A stretch of DNA of 18,777 bases, from the NCBI GenBank assembly GCA_049517335.1, contig JBEKSD010000020.1, positions 1-18,777 on the forward strand, read 5' to 3'. This DNA comes from Candidatus Omnitrophota bacterium (GTDB lineage Bacteria > Omnitrophota > Gorgyraeia > Gygaellales > Profunditerraquicolaceae). The notes under the pieces are model-generated. The model worked only from the letters and a program-made list of their open reading frames with translations. It made no database searches and was not told the DNA's origin. The translations under genes were made by a program, and so were the position numbers. Of this stretch, positions 1 through 10,179 are shown piece by piece (the stretch's first letter is position 1; each line of letters opens with the position of its first letter).

Positions 1-340
1 CTACATGCCCAATCCATCTTCCACATCGATCAACAACTAAGAATAATAAACGTGATGAATTGCTTAAAACATGTTCTTTTAACCAATTCTTTGTACCTTC
101 AAACGTAACTTTAAATTTTGTTGGATAGGCGAAACAGTTTTCTTCACGCCATTTAGCTAATAACGAAATCAAGCAATCATCTTCCACATAAGCATAATTA
201 ATTGGAACCAAAATACCGGAATTTTTAGGTAACGGAATACCCTTGGCTACAGCTTCATAAAAAGCCGCATCTTGTTTTAAAAATGAAAATTCATTTTTAA
301 TACTTTTTGCAAATATTTTTACTAACTCAGGATCTCCCAA
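1..340 (-). CDS. Partial ORF (3' end outside window), probable GNAT-family N-acetyltransferase domain of a polysaccharide cluster
   Basis: Not in the ORF track. Hand translation from TTG at 340 (in-frame TAG just upstream, GGGAG SD) stays open for 113 codons to the edge: MGDPELVKIF...LLAKWREENCFAYPTKFKVTFEGTKNWLKEHVLSNSSRLLFLVVDRCGRWIGHV. The 'WR...W......R.LF.V.....IGH' pattern resembles RimJ/PseH-like GNAT N-termini. Overlaps the rfbH-remnant stop by 14 bp. Confidence 0.6.
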   Translation of the reverse strand, partial: MGDPELVKIFAKSIKNEFSFLKQDAAFYEAVAKGIPLPKNSGILVPINYAYVEDDCLISLLAKWREENCFAYPTKFKVTFEGTKNWLKEHVLSNSSRLLFLVVDRCGRWIGHV

Positions 341-773
341 CTAAGAATCTCCCTATTTCATCAATAATATATTCAATCTGTTCAGACCTTAACCCAGGAT
401 ATACACCCAACCAGAAACTATCATTCATAAGCTTATCAGTATTCTGTAAGCTACCGACAACACGATAATCGCGTCCCCTGGCTAGCGATGCAAAACACGG
501 GTGACAAATAAGGTTGCCAGCGAATAGATTACGTGTCTGAATTTTTTTAGATTCTAAGTATCTTACCAGATCGTTTCGCGAAAATAACAATCCATCCTTT
601 ATGATAAGTAAAAACCCAAACCATGAAGGATCGCTATCTGCTGTTGCTATAGGCAAAATAAAAATTTTATCGAATAATTGTAACCCATCATAAATACATT
701 TAAAATTTTGCTTACGCTTACGAACAAAACTCTTTAATTTATTAAGCTGCGCGCAATCAATTGCACCTTGTAA
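327..773 (-). pseudogene. rfbH: C-terminal ~148-aa remnant of CDP-4-keto-6-deoxyglucose 3-dehydratase (RfbH/DdhC, DegT family)
   Basis: The frame of ORF 327..656 extends upstream to LQGAIDCAQLNKLKSFVRKRKQNF, then SDPSWFGF, IQTRNLFAGN, YRVVGSLQNTDKLMNDSFWLGVYPGL, all typical of the RfbH C-terminus. In-frame TGA at 791-789. About two thirds of the N-terminal protein, including most of the cofactor-binding domain, is missing. Confidence 0.88.
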
Positions 774-847
774 GAACCCAAGAAACCTTCAAAGCCGGTT
801 ATAAGTACTTTCTTGTTTTTCCAAAATCCCTTATCTATTGCCTTCAT
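734..847 (-). pseudogene. rfbG: N-terminal 25-codon remnant of CDP-glucose 4,6-dehydratase (RfbG-like SDR), running out of frame into rfbH DNA
   Basis: ATG at 847 overlaps the rfbF stop (ATGA). Translates MKAIDKGFWKNKKVLITGFEGFLGS (RfbG-like 'FW..K.V.ITG..GF.GS' Rossmann start), then 12 unrelated codons and TAA at 736-734. Confidence 0.78.
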
Positions 848-1620
848 TTCCATACCTTCCAAGGAGCAGAGCCGGATTGCCATGCTCTCTCAAAACTTAT
901 TTTATCCCTTAAAGTATCCATACACCCCCAGAAACCGATATGCTTATAAGCGCATAATTTCCCCTGCCTTGATAATTTCTCAAGAGGCTCTTTTTCCCAA
1001 ACAACCGTGTCATTGTTTTCTATAAAATTAAATATCTCTGGCTCAAGAACAAAAAAACCTCCATTAATCCATCCGCCTTCACCTTTAGGTTTTTCCAGAA
1101 ACGAAGAGACATTGTCTTCAGCATCTATATCCAATACTCCAAACCTTCCTATATTCTGTATAGCAGTTAATGTCGCTATTTTTTTATTCTTCTTGTGAAA
1201 TTGAACCAGTTTTTTCATATTAATATCCGCTAACCCATCACTATAAGTTAAAAGAAAGGTTTGATTTCTCACATATTTCTTTACCCTCTTAAGCCTACTT
1301 CCGGTCATTGTTTCTAAGCCCGTATCCACCAAAGTAATCCTCCATGGTTCAGAAGTAGTGGTATGAATTTTTGTTTCATTATTAGATAAATCTATGGTCA
1401 CATCACTCATATGCATGAAATAGTGAGAAAAGTATTCCTTTATCATATACCCCCTGTATCCCAAACAGATAATAAAATCATTAAAACCATAATGAGAATA
1501 CAGTTTCATAATATGCCAAATAACCGGCTTACCGCCAATTTCCACCATCGGCTTAGGCAAAACCTCTGTTTCTTCGCTGATTCTTGTCCCTCTGCCACCT
1601 GCTAAAATGACTACCTTCAT
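844..1620 (-). CDS. rfbF: Glucose-1-phosphate cytidylyltransferase
   Basis: MKVVILAGGRGTRISEET..PKPMVEIGGKP, GY.G..IKEYF, WINGGFFV, CMDTLRDK, APWKVW. Start moved to ATG 1620 (SD AAGGAG). Confidence 0.95.
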   Translation of the reverse strand: MKVVILAGGRGTRISEETEVLPKPMVEIGGKPVIWHIMKLYSHYGFNDFIICLGYRGYMIKEYFSHYFMHMSDVTIDLSNNETKIHTTTSEPWRITLVDTGLETMTGSRLKRVKKYVRNQTFLLTYSDGLADINMKKLVQFHKKNKKIATLTAIQNIGRFGVLDIDAEDNVSSFLEKPKGEGGWINGGFFVLEPEIFNFIENNDTVVWEKEPLEKLSRQGKLCAYKHIGFWGCMDTLRDKISFERAWQSGSAPWKVWK

Positions 1621-1639
1621 AAAACGCTCCTTTAAATTT

Positions 1640-2632
<993 letters not shown>

Positions 2633-2639
<7 letters not shown>

Positions 2640-3679
2640 GCTTTCCACCATCTGTTAGGAAATTTCTTCTGAAGAATCTTGTCGCCTTCTCCTACTGGCT
2701 CTAACCCGCAACCCCGCATATCAGCATCAATCATTATTTTTACTAAATCTTGAAACTTTACTTTTGGCTGCCACTTAAATACCTTCTTTACTTTCTTAAT
2801 ATCGGCAATAAGATTGCTCACTTCTGTGGGCCGAAAATAACGCGGGTCAATTTCTATATACTTTTTCCATTTTAGGCCCACGTAATTAAAAGCTTCCTCT
2901 ACCAATTCTTTCACAGAATGAGACTCGCCCGTACCCGTAACATAATCATCGGGCTTATTCTGCTGTAGAATTTTCCACATCATCTCTGTGTACTCCGGAG
3001 CATAGCCCCAGTCTCTTTTAGCCTCAAGATTACCAAGGTAAAGCTTATCCTGCTTACCGGCTAAGATGTTAACTACTGCCCGGGTGATTTTCCTGCTTAC
3101 AAAAGTTTCACCCCTACGAGGGCTTTCATGATTAAAAAGTATGCCGTTACAGGCAAACATATTATATCCATCACGATAGTTTTTGGTAAACCAGTACGAA
3201 TAAAGCTTGGCGCAGGCATAAGGGCTTTGCGGCTGAAACTGAGTAGTTTCTGATTGTGGAGGAAGCGCGGAGCCAAACATTTCGCTGGAAGATGATTGAT
3301 AAAACTTGATTTTCTTACCGCTACGACGGATTGCTTCCAGGATACGTGTTGTGCCTAAACCGGTAATATTTCCTGTATATTCGGGGATATCAAAACTCAC
3401 TCTTACATGGCTTTGGGCGGCCAGATGATATACTTCATCAGGTTTTATATTAAAGATGATGTTATTGATCTGTTCAGCATCTGAAATATCGCCATAATGT
3501 AGGAATAATTTGGCGTTTTTAGAATGCGGGTCAACGTAAATATGACCTATCCTTCCGGTATTAAAAGTGCTTGCCCTTCTTATGATGCCATGCACTTCAT
3601 ATCCTTTAGATAGAAGCAATTCTGCTAAATAAGAACCATCTTGTCCTGTGATACCAGTTATCAGCGCCTTTTTAATCAT
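2633..3679 (-). CDS. gmd: GDP-mannose 4,6-dehydratase
   Basis: [74 protein letters not shown]. Confidence 0.97.
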
Positions 3680-4691
3680 GTTTTTTTAGATTATTCTTCC
3701 AATATTCCTGCAAAAATACTGCAGATACTGCCGATATAAACCCGAGAAAAATAGATAGAATTAAACTCCTCTTTTTAGATGGACTTATAGGATAACGGGA
3801 AGCTTCCGGCTCTTTAAGAATCTTCAGATTGGAAAATAATTGCTTTTTTAACTTTAGTTTATCAATTTCAATCTGGTAATTATCTATTTGGGTTTTAAGA
3901 TTCTTAATTTCGGAGCGCCTGTCAATTGCCCGTGATTTAAAATCAGCAAGCTGGTTATTTAACTGGTTTATATAGCCAAGATTAAGCTGGATTGTATTGG
4001 AATAAAGTAAGCTGGACATTTCGTTATCTTTTGAGGCATTTTTTAATAAAATATCCCTTTTGTTCACAAGGTCTGTAGTATTAGCGCTAACCGATTTAAT
4101 TTCGTCGTATAATTTCTCCTGCCGCAGCGTTATTTCTTTTAAGCGTTCCTCTAAGGGATCAACATTTTCCTTTAGACTTACGATATTATTAATGATTATT
4201 TTGATTTCGTTATCTATCTCATCGTTCTTTAACTGAATTAAACCGCTATACTTTTTAAATACTATATCGTAAAGCACTGTTAGTATCTTTATGCCTAGCT
4301 CTCTGTCTTTGCTCCTTTCATTAATGCTTAACTCCATTAAATTAGTATTAGAAGGTATAGATACGTAAAAATATAAGTCCGTTTTAAGCGGGTCTAAATC
4401 CAGCTTTTTCATAATTTCTGTGTTAAACGCCTTATTTATGACAAGAAATTTCAGGTTCTCCGACATATTAAGAGAAGGGCTCTCTTTCTCGGATAATGAC
4501 TCTTCAGTAATCGGCGTTTGGATAATCATCGTTATCTTATATATTTTTGGAGCAAGTACAATATAGGCCAGTCCTATGGCAAGAATGGACAAGAATACTC
4601 TAACGAAGGTCTTTTTGCGCTTAGCAAGTACTTTGATATACTGATTCAAGTCTATATCCATCTCTTCGTAATTTTGGCTATTTTGTTCCAT
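3672..4691 (-). CDS. wzz: Wzz-like polysaccharide chain-length determinant / co-polymerase
   Basis: N-terminal 'DIDL..YIKVL.KRK' followed by TM1 and P.IY, a long coiled-coil periplasmic region, then the Pro-rich '[10 protein letters not shown]' motif before TM2. No kinase domain. Strong SD AAGGAGGT. Confidence 0.8.
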   Translation of the reverse strand: MEQNSQNYEEMDIDLNQYIKVLAKRKKTFVRVFLSILAIGLAYIVLAPKIYKITMIIQTPITEESLSEKESPSLNMSENLKFLVINKAFNTEIMKKLDLDPLKTDLYFYVSIPSNTNLMELSINERSKDRELGIKILTVLYDIVFKKYSGLIQLKNDEIDNEIKIIINNIVSLKENVDPLEERLKEITLRQEKLYDEIKSVSANTTDLVNKRDILLKNASKDNEMSSLLYSNTIQLNLGYINQLNNQLADFKSRAIDRRSEIKNLKTQIDNYQIEIDKLKLKKQLFSNLKILKEPEASRYPISPSKKRSLILSIFLGFISAVSAVFLQEYWKNNLKKHD

Positions 4692-4734
4692 ATTAACCTC
4701 CTTAGATTAAATTCTGAAAATTCCCAAATGAATA

Positions 4735-5790
4735 TTATTTCTTCTCTTGTGCATAGTATATTTGTTTAATAGTACTTTCTATATCGTAGCTGTGATTCCA
4801 TTCAGGATAATGCGCTCTGAATTTGGAGACATCGCTGATCCACCAGATGTGGTCACCTACCCTGTTTTTATCCGTGTATTCATAATCTAGCTTTCTACCG
4901 GTAATCTTTTCGCAGATATCAATTGCCTCTAAAACTGATACATTGGCGAACCTTGAACCGCCGATATTATAAACTTCTCCGCTACGCGGCGCCTGAAAGA
5001 AATGATAAAAAGCATTTGCCAAATCATAGGAATGGATATTGTCGCGCACCTGTTTTCCCTTATAACCATAAATAGTATATTTTCTTCCCCTGACACAGCA
5101 TTTTATAAGATATGACAAGAAACCATGTAATTCCGCGCCGGAATGTAACGGCCCGGTTAGGCAGCCTGCCCTGAAAATTGCCGTCTTCATTCCGAAATAG
5201 CGACCGTATTCCTGCGTAAGGATATCCGCCGCAACTTTTGATGCTCCGAATAAACTATGCAGGCAGTTATCAATACTCATCCCCTCATCTATTCCCTTGT
5301 AATAAGGGTGACTTTCGGGCAGCTCATATCTCTTATCAAGTTCTAGCAAAGGCAGTGAATTTGGCCTGTCACCATAGACTTTATTTGTTGAAACAAAAAT
5401 AAACACAGCCTGCGCTGAATAATTCCGGTATGCTTCTAGCAGGTTTAAGGTCCCATTGGCGTTAACTGCGAAATCAATTTTGGGTGCTCTTGCCGCCCAA
5501 TCATGCGAAGGTTGAGCTGCCGCATGGACGATTAAAACAATATTCTTCGCAAATTTTTTAAATAACCTATTTACCTTGCCTGCATCCCTTATATCAATAT
5601 TATAATGAGTATAATTCTTATACTTCTTCTCAAGGCGTTTCTTATTCCAAATTATACTTCCGTCGTTACCAAAAAAAACTTTGCGCATATTATTGTCAAT
5701 ACCGACAACATCAAATCCTTTCTCAGCGAAAAAACTTACTGCTTCAGAGCCGATTAACCCGCAGGAACCGCTAACAATTACGACTGACAA
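4735..5790 (-). CDS. NAD-dependent epimerase, CDP-paratose 2-epimerase (CDP-tyvelose epimerase, RfbE/Tyv)-like
   Basis: [34 protein letters not shown]...[33 protein letters not shown] start with GGGAG SD. Exact substrate not certain. Confidence 0.8.
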   Translation of the reverse strand: MSVVIVSGSCGLIGSEAVSFFAEKGFDVVGIDNNMRKVFFGNDGSIIWNKKRLEKKYKNYTHYNIDIRDAGKVNRLFKKFAKNIVLIVHAAAQPSHDWAARAPKIDFAVNANGTLNLLEAYRNYSAQAVFIFVSTNKVYGDRPNSLPLLELDKRYELPESHPYYKGIDEGMSIDNCLHSLFGASKVAADILTQEYGRYFGMKTAIFRAGCLTGPLHSGAELHGFLSYLIKCCVRGRKYTIYGYKGKQVRDNIHSYDLANAFYHFFQAPRSGEVYNIGGSRFANVSVLEAIDICEKITGRKLDYEYTDKNRVGDHIWWISDVSKFRAHYPEWNHSYDIESTIKQIYYAQEKK

Positions 5791-6047
5791 TTCACTCTCC
5801 CGTATTTATAGTAAAAGATTAAAAGTATAACCAAAGTAACAAAAGTAATGCTATTTGCCATAATAATTATAGGATCCCTTCTTGCCAAACCGTATACAAA
5901 CCACAAAAATACTCCAATAGTAAGTTGGATGATGGTAATCATGCTTACGTCTTTGGCGGACTTCGTCTTTATGACTTTGACAATCTGCGGGATGAATGAA
6001 AACATGGTTAAGATTGCGGCTAATAATCCAATAATATTCCAGATCAT
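5778..6047 (-). CDS. SemiSWEET (PQ-loop, 3-TM) sugar transporter
   Basis: 89 aa with three hydrophobic helices. [36 protein letters not shown]. Confidence 0.9.
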   Translation of the reverse strand: MIWNIIGLLAAILTMFSFIPQIVKVIKTKSAKDVSMITIIQLTIGVFLWFVYGLARRDPIIIMANSITFVTLVILLIFYYKYGRVNCQS

Positions 6048-7039
6048 CTATTTTTATAAAGCGGTGCTATATTTTTCCACTTCCCGAATAACCACTCTTT
6101 GTTAAATAAACACCACTCTACCGTTTTCTCAAGGCCTTCCTCAAACTTCACTTCAGGCTGCCAGCCTGTTTCTCTTTTAATTTTCCTTGAATCAAGCCTA
6201 TACCGGATATCATGGCCGGGCCGGTCTTTTACAAACTGAATCAAATCTTCTTTGGCTTCTAAGATCTTTAACAACATCTTCACAACTTGAATATTCTGCA
6301 ATTCATAATCACTTCCTAAATTGTAAACCTCACCCACCCTGCCTTTATTTAATACTTTTAAAATAGCATCCGCGGTATCAGCGACAAAAAGCCACTCCCG
6401 GACATTCTTCCCCTGAGCATAAACGGGTACTTTTCTATTCTGGAGGATTCTTAATATAGAGAGAGGAATCAATTTTTCAGGATACTGCCCCGGCCCGTAA
6501 TTATTACTTGGCCGCACTATTATTGCTGGAAAATTGAACGTGCGTACATAAGACCTGACCAGTAAATCCGCGGCAGCCTTTGAGGCCGCATATGGAGAAC
6601 TTGGCTTAAGGGGCGAACCTTCGTGGAATTCTCCATTTTCTAAATCTCCGTAGACCTCATCAGTACTAATATGGATAAATCTATCTACCCTATTCTTTTT
6701 AGCGGCATTCAATAATACAGCCGTGCCGCCAATATTCGTTTCAATGAACGAACGTGAATCAAGGATGCTTCTGTCAACGTGTGACTCAGCGGCAAAATGA
6801 ATTAGCGCATCAGGTAGATCATTTGTAAATATTTTTTCTATTCTTGCCTTATCGCAAATATCCGCCCTATAAAACTTGAATTTGTCTTTTACCTCTTTTA
6901 ATCTCGTTAAATCTCCGGCATAAGTAAGCTTATCCACAACGGAAATTTTATAACCGTCTTTAAGCGCTTTCTTAACAAAAACGCTGCCGATAAAGCCGGC
7001 ACCACCGGTAACTAAGAGTTTACGTAACCTTCTACGCAT
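6044..7039 (-). CDS. rfbB: dTDP-glucose 4,6-dehydratase
   Basis: [70 protein letters not shown]. Confidence 0.96.
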   Translation of the reverse strand: MRRRLRKLLVTGGAGFIGSVFVKKALKDGYKISVVDKLTYAGDLTRLKEVKDKFKFYRADICDKARIEKIFTNDLPDALIHFAAESHVDRSILDSRSFIETNIGGTAVLLNAAKKNRVDRFIHISTDEVYGDLENGEFHEGSPLKPSSPYAASKAAADLLVRSYVRTFNFPAIIVRPSNNYGPGQYPEKLIPLSILRILQNRKVPVYAQGKNVREWLFVADTADAILKVLNKGRVGEVYNLGSDYELQNIQVVKMLLKILEAKEDLIQFVKDRPGHDIRYRLDSRKIKRETGWQPEVKFEEGLEKTVEWCLFNKEWLFGKWKNIAPLYKNR

Positions 7040-7833
7040 TCTTCCAGAACCTCGCTGATATTTCTTACCTTAAAACCGCTCTTCTCTAACTTTGACGTAG
7101 ACAGTAATAGGTTTGTCCTGACCAGTTTCAAGTCTTTTAGATTGATAATCCGATATTTAAAATCCGGGTTAAATTTTTTATAAATATCCAGCAGTTCAGG
7201 ATATCTTAACCCGCCCTTGTTAACCAGATTATAAATTCCCCGGGCATCAATCTTAATCAGGTGTTTTAATGCTTTGATAAAATCAGGGATATAAGTAACG
7301 GAATTAGGGATATCAATTACTTTCTTATATCTAATCAGTTTGGTAAGGATATTTTTAGGGGATGGCTGATTATCGAGCGGGATTCTTATACGGGGAATAA
7401 GGATGTCATATCTTTTTGATAAAATATTAAGTGGCTGTTCGGAATAAATTTTTGTGCGGCTGTAAAAAAGTTCAAAGAAATCAGGTACTAAATCTTCTTT
7501 TATTGGCTTATCTTTTTTATAGTTATAGCGGAATATGCATCCGGAACTGATATGCACGAGCTTAATATTACGGCGCAAAGCTATCTCAGCTAAGATAAGA
7601 GGCAAAAAAGAATTGGCGGTCAATGTGCTATCTTTAACCAATTCGCAATCATCAACATTATGCCTGCCGGTTATCCCGATACAATTGATAATAATATTCG
7701 GATTAAAGCGCTTGATCTCCTTCTCGGCATCACGGTAAGAATAAATCAATCTGTCGGAAATATCGCAGGCGAATTCTTTTTGTAATTTACTCCCGATAAA
7801 ACCCTTACCTAGAACCAGCATCTTATTTCTCAT
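7012..7833 (-). CDS. SDR resembling the bifunctional NDP-4-keto-6-deoxyglucose 3,5-epimerase/4-reductase (plant UER1/NRS-ER type)
   Basis: G.TGR.NVD.CE, SGCIF.Y, FYSRTK, RIRIP, P.N..TK..RY.KV.DIPNS.T, GIYN..N.G and R.N..L...KL match the UER1/RHM C-domain as I recall it rather than canonical RmlD. Start likely ATG 7833. Confidence 0.8.
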   Translation of the reverse strand: MRNKMLVLGKGFIGSKLQKEFACDISDRLIYSYRDAEKEIKRFNPNIIINCIGITGRHNVDDCELVKDSTLTANSFLPLILAEIALRRNIKLVHISSGCIFRYNYKKDKPIKEDLVPDFFELFYSRTKIYSEQPLNILSKRYDILIPRIRIPLDNQPSPKNILTKLIRYKKVIDIPNSVTYIPDFIKALKHLIKIDARGIYNLVNKGGLRYPELLDIYKKFNPDFKYRIINLKDLKLVRTNLLLSTSKLEKSGFKVRNISEVLEECVEGYVNS

Positions 7834-8689
7834 CAATAACTTTCTTTAAATATTCACCGTATCCGGTATCAATTTTTTCTGCCAGTTTCTTAAGCTGCCC
7901 CTTGGTAATATACCCCATACGATAGGCAACTTCCTCAATACAGCCGATTTTCAAGCCCTGCCGCTGTTCTATTGTCTTAATAAACATCGCGGCATCAATT
8001 AAGGAATCAGCGGTCCCGGTATCCAACCAAGCATGCCCCCGGCCAAGCAGGCGCACCTTAAGTTTGCCTTTTTTTAAATATTCTTTGTTTAAATCGGTTA
8101 TTTCAAGCTCCCCCCTGTGGCTAGGTTTAAGGCGCTTGACCATCTTTACCGCCTGGTTATCATAAAAATAAATCCCGCAAACGGCGCAGTTTGACTTCGG
8201 CTTATGCGGTTTTTCTTCCAATGAAATTACATTGTAATTATTATCGAACTCTATAACGCCGTACCTCTTGGGGTCATTAACATAATAACCAAAGACCAAC
8301 GCTCCATCATCCAGAATTGCGCCTTCCTGAACAAAGCTAGCAAGGCTATCTCCATAAAATATATTATCACCGAGGATAAGGCATACGCTGTCTTTGCCTA
8401 TAAACCTCTCACCCAAAATTAAACTCTCAGCAATACCTTTGGGTTCCTTTTGCACTGCGTAACTCAATTTAAGGCCCAAATCTCCTCCCTCACCCAGCAT
8501 TTCCTTAAACCTTGGGGTATCTTGGGGCGTTGAAATTATCAGGATCTCCTTTATGCCTGAGAGCATTAAGACTGATAAAGGATAATATATCATCGGTTTA
8601 TCATAAACCGGCAGCATCTGCTTACAGACGCTGCGGGTTATCGGATAAAGTCGGGTTGACCTGCCGCCCGCAAGGATTATGCCCTTCAT
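7823..8689 (-). CDS. rfbA: Glucose-1-phosphate thymidylyltransferase
   Basis: [16 protein letters not shown]...[50 protein letters not shown]. Start moved to ATG 8689. Confidence 0.96.
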   Translation of the reverse strand: MKGIILAGGRSTRLYPITRSVCKQMLPVYDKPMIYYPLSVLMLSGIKEILIISTPQDTPRFKEMLGEGGDLGLKLSYAVQKEPKGIAESLILGERFIGKDSVCLILGDNIFYGDSLASFVQEGAILDDGALVFGYYVNDPKRYGVIEFDNNYNVISLEEKPHKPKSNCAVCGIYFYDNQAVKMVKRLKPSHRGELEITDLNKEYLKKGKLKVRLLGRGHAWLDTGTADSLIDAAMFIKTIEQRQGLKIGCIEEVAYRMGYITKGQLKKLAEKIDTGYGEYLKKVIDEK

Positions 8690-8724
8690 AATGCCCTTTT
8701 CTCCTTCCTTAAAAAACAACCTTT

Positions 8725-8752
8725 AATATAGCACAAAAAAGGGCTGTTTCAA
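8725..8752 (-). promoter_or_regulatory. Putative sigma70 promoter of the nucleotide-sugar operon
   Basis: TTGAAA (8752-8747), 16-bp spacer, extended -10 TGcTATATT (8733-8725), about 35 bp upstream of the rmlA ATG. Confidence 0.55.
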
Positions 8753-8960
8753 GGATTAAATTAGGGTTATAACTTGATTATTATCAGGTAAATAAGTGTA
8801 AAACTGGCGTCACGCTTTTGGTTCATTTAACCAATACTCAAGTTGCTTGTTTTTGTTAATACGGAAGATTCCTTTTGTTTTTAAGGTAGGTTTAAATTTT
8901 ACTGAGCTGAACTGATTTTAAGGCAGTTTTGCTTATTTATTGTGTATTTTAATCTCATCC

Positions 8961-9004
8961 TCAGGCAGGGGGTCAGCGCTATTTGGCTCTCATCCCCCTG
9001 TTGA
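8961..9004. repeat. GC-rich imperfect hairpin downstream of tyrS (REP-like, possible terminator role)
   Basis: CAGGGGG (8966-8972) pairs with CCCCCTG (8994-9000). The core GGGGTCAGCGC-TATTT-GGCTCTCATCCCC resembles the element at 10180-10207. No U-tract on the minus strand. Confidence 0.55.
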
Positions 9005-9010
9005 TGATTT

Positions 9011-10165
9011 TTATGCTAAGCTAATTTTAAGGAACCTGCGTGAACCGACTTTTAGAATACCCGAGGTAGGGAGAAAACTTTCTTTATCAATTTTCTCATC
9101 ATTAAAAAATACTCCGCCCTGCTTAAGCAGACGCCGGGCTTCGTTACCGCTCTTAACCAACCCGCTCTCAGTCATAATTAGCAGCACGGTCTTCTTCCCG
9201 TCAGTTTTAAACTCCGGGATGTCCTGCGGGGTTTCTTTCTCAGTGAAGACACGCACAAATTCTGAATACGCTTTTTCAGCTTCCTCTTTAGAGTGGTATT
9301 GTGTAATTATAATCTTGGCTAAATTAACCTTGGCTTCTTTAGGATGCATTTTTTTGACCGTTTCTAAATCCTCGTCGGTAAGCAAGGTATAGTATTTCAG
9401 CATAACTTCATCCGAAATAGACATTATCTTGCCGAAGATATCTTTAGCCGGCTCATTTATGCCGATGTAGTTTGAGAAAGATTTACTCATCTTCTGCACG
9501 CCGTCAGTGCCTTCAAGAAGAGGCATTGTAAGCACGACCTGCTGTGCCTGATTATAATCCTTCTGCATATCGCGACCCATAAGCAGATTGAAAATCTGGT
9601 CGGTCCCGCCTAACTCCACGTCCGCCTTCAATTTAACCGAATCATAACCCTGTAATAAAGGGTAGATAAACTCCGTTAAGGAAATGTCTTCATTTTTGCT
9701 CAAGCGTTTTTTAAAATCTTCCCTGGCAAGCATCTGCGCTACGGTTGAGTGAGTGGTCAGCTTAAGAAAATCAACTACCGACATTTTGTTAAACCAATCG
9801 CTGTTAAAAATAATTTGGATTTTATCTATATCGAGAATTTTAGAAACCTGCTTTTTATAAGTTTGGGCATTAATAATAACATCCGCCCGGGTTAACTGCT
9901 TGCGTTTTTCCGACCTGCCGCTAGGATCCCCTATCTGGGCGGTAAAATCGCCGATTAAGAAGATAACCTTATGCCCAAGCTCCTGAAAATGGCGCATCTT
10001 ATGTAAAAGCACAGTGTGGCCTAAATGAATATCGGGTGCTGTGGGGTCAAAACCAGCCTTAATAATAAGGGGCCTATCTTCTGCAAGCTTGCTTCTTAAT
10101 TCCTGCTCCGAGATTATTTCTACTGCCCCGCGCTTGATTATCTCTAATTGTTTATTAATGTCCAT
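9011..10165 (-). CDS. tyrS: Tyrosine--tRNA ligase
   Basis: GFDPTAPDIHLGH (HIGH), YPLLQGYDSV, GGTDQ.FN, KMSKS, C-terminal S4-like domain (S.NEARRL..QGGV). Confidence 0.97.
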   Translation of the reverse strand: MDINKQLEIIKRGAVEIISEQELRSKLAEDRPLIIKAGFDPTAPDIHLGHTVLLHKMRHFQELGHKVIFLIGDFTAQIGDPSGRSEKRKQLTRADVIINAQTYKKQVSKILDIDKIQIIFNSDWFNKMSVVDFLKLTTHSTVAQMLAREDFKKRLSKNEDISLTEFIYPLLQGYDSVKLKADVELGGTDQIFNLLMGRDMQKDYNQAQQVVLTMPLLEGTDGVQKMSKSFSNYIGINEPAKDIFGKIMSISDEVMLKYYTLLTDEDLETVKKMHPKEAKVNLAKIIITQYHSKEEAEKAYSEFVRVFTEKETPQDIPEFKTDGKKTVLLIMTESGLVKSGNEARRLLKQGGVFFNDEKIDKESFLPTSGILKVGSRRFLKISLA

Positions 10166-10179
10166 ATTTATTCATCCAA

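Noticed and set aside
765-790. Programmed frameshift producing an RfbG-RfbH fusion protein
   Set aside because: There is no canonical slippery heptamer at the junction, and the product would lack the catalytic cores of both enzymes. A deletion is simpler.
761-1025. Small plus-strand ORFs 761-949 and 813-1025
   Set aside because: The region is fully explained by the rfbF end and the rfbG'/'rfbH remnants on the minus strand.
3672-4691. Long coiled-coil membrane protein as a novel factor
   Set aside because: The two-TM topology with a Pro-rich motif before TM2 fits the Wzz/PCP family.
8690-9010. ops/JUMPstart (RfaH) element ahead of the polysaccharide operon
   Set aside because: No GGCGGTAG-type motif was found on the coding strand.
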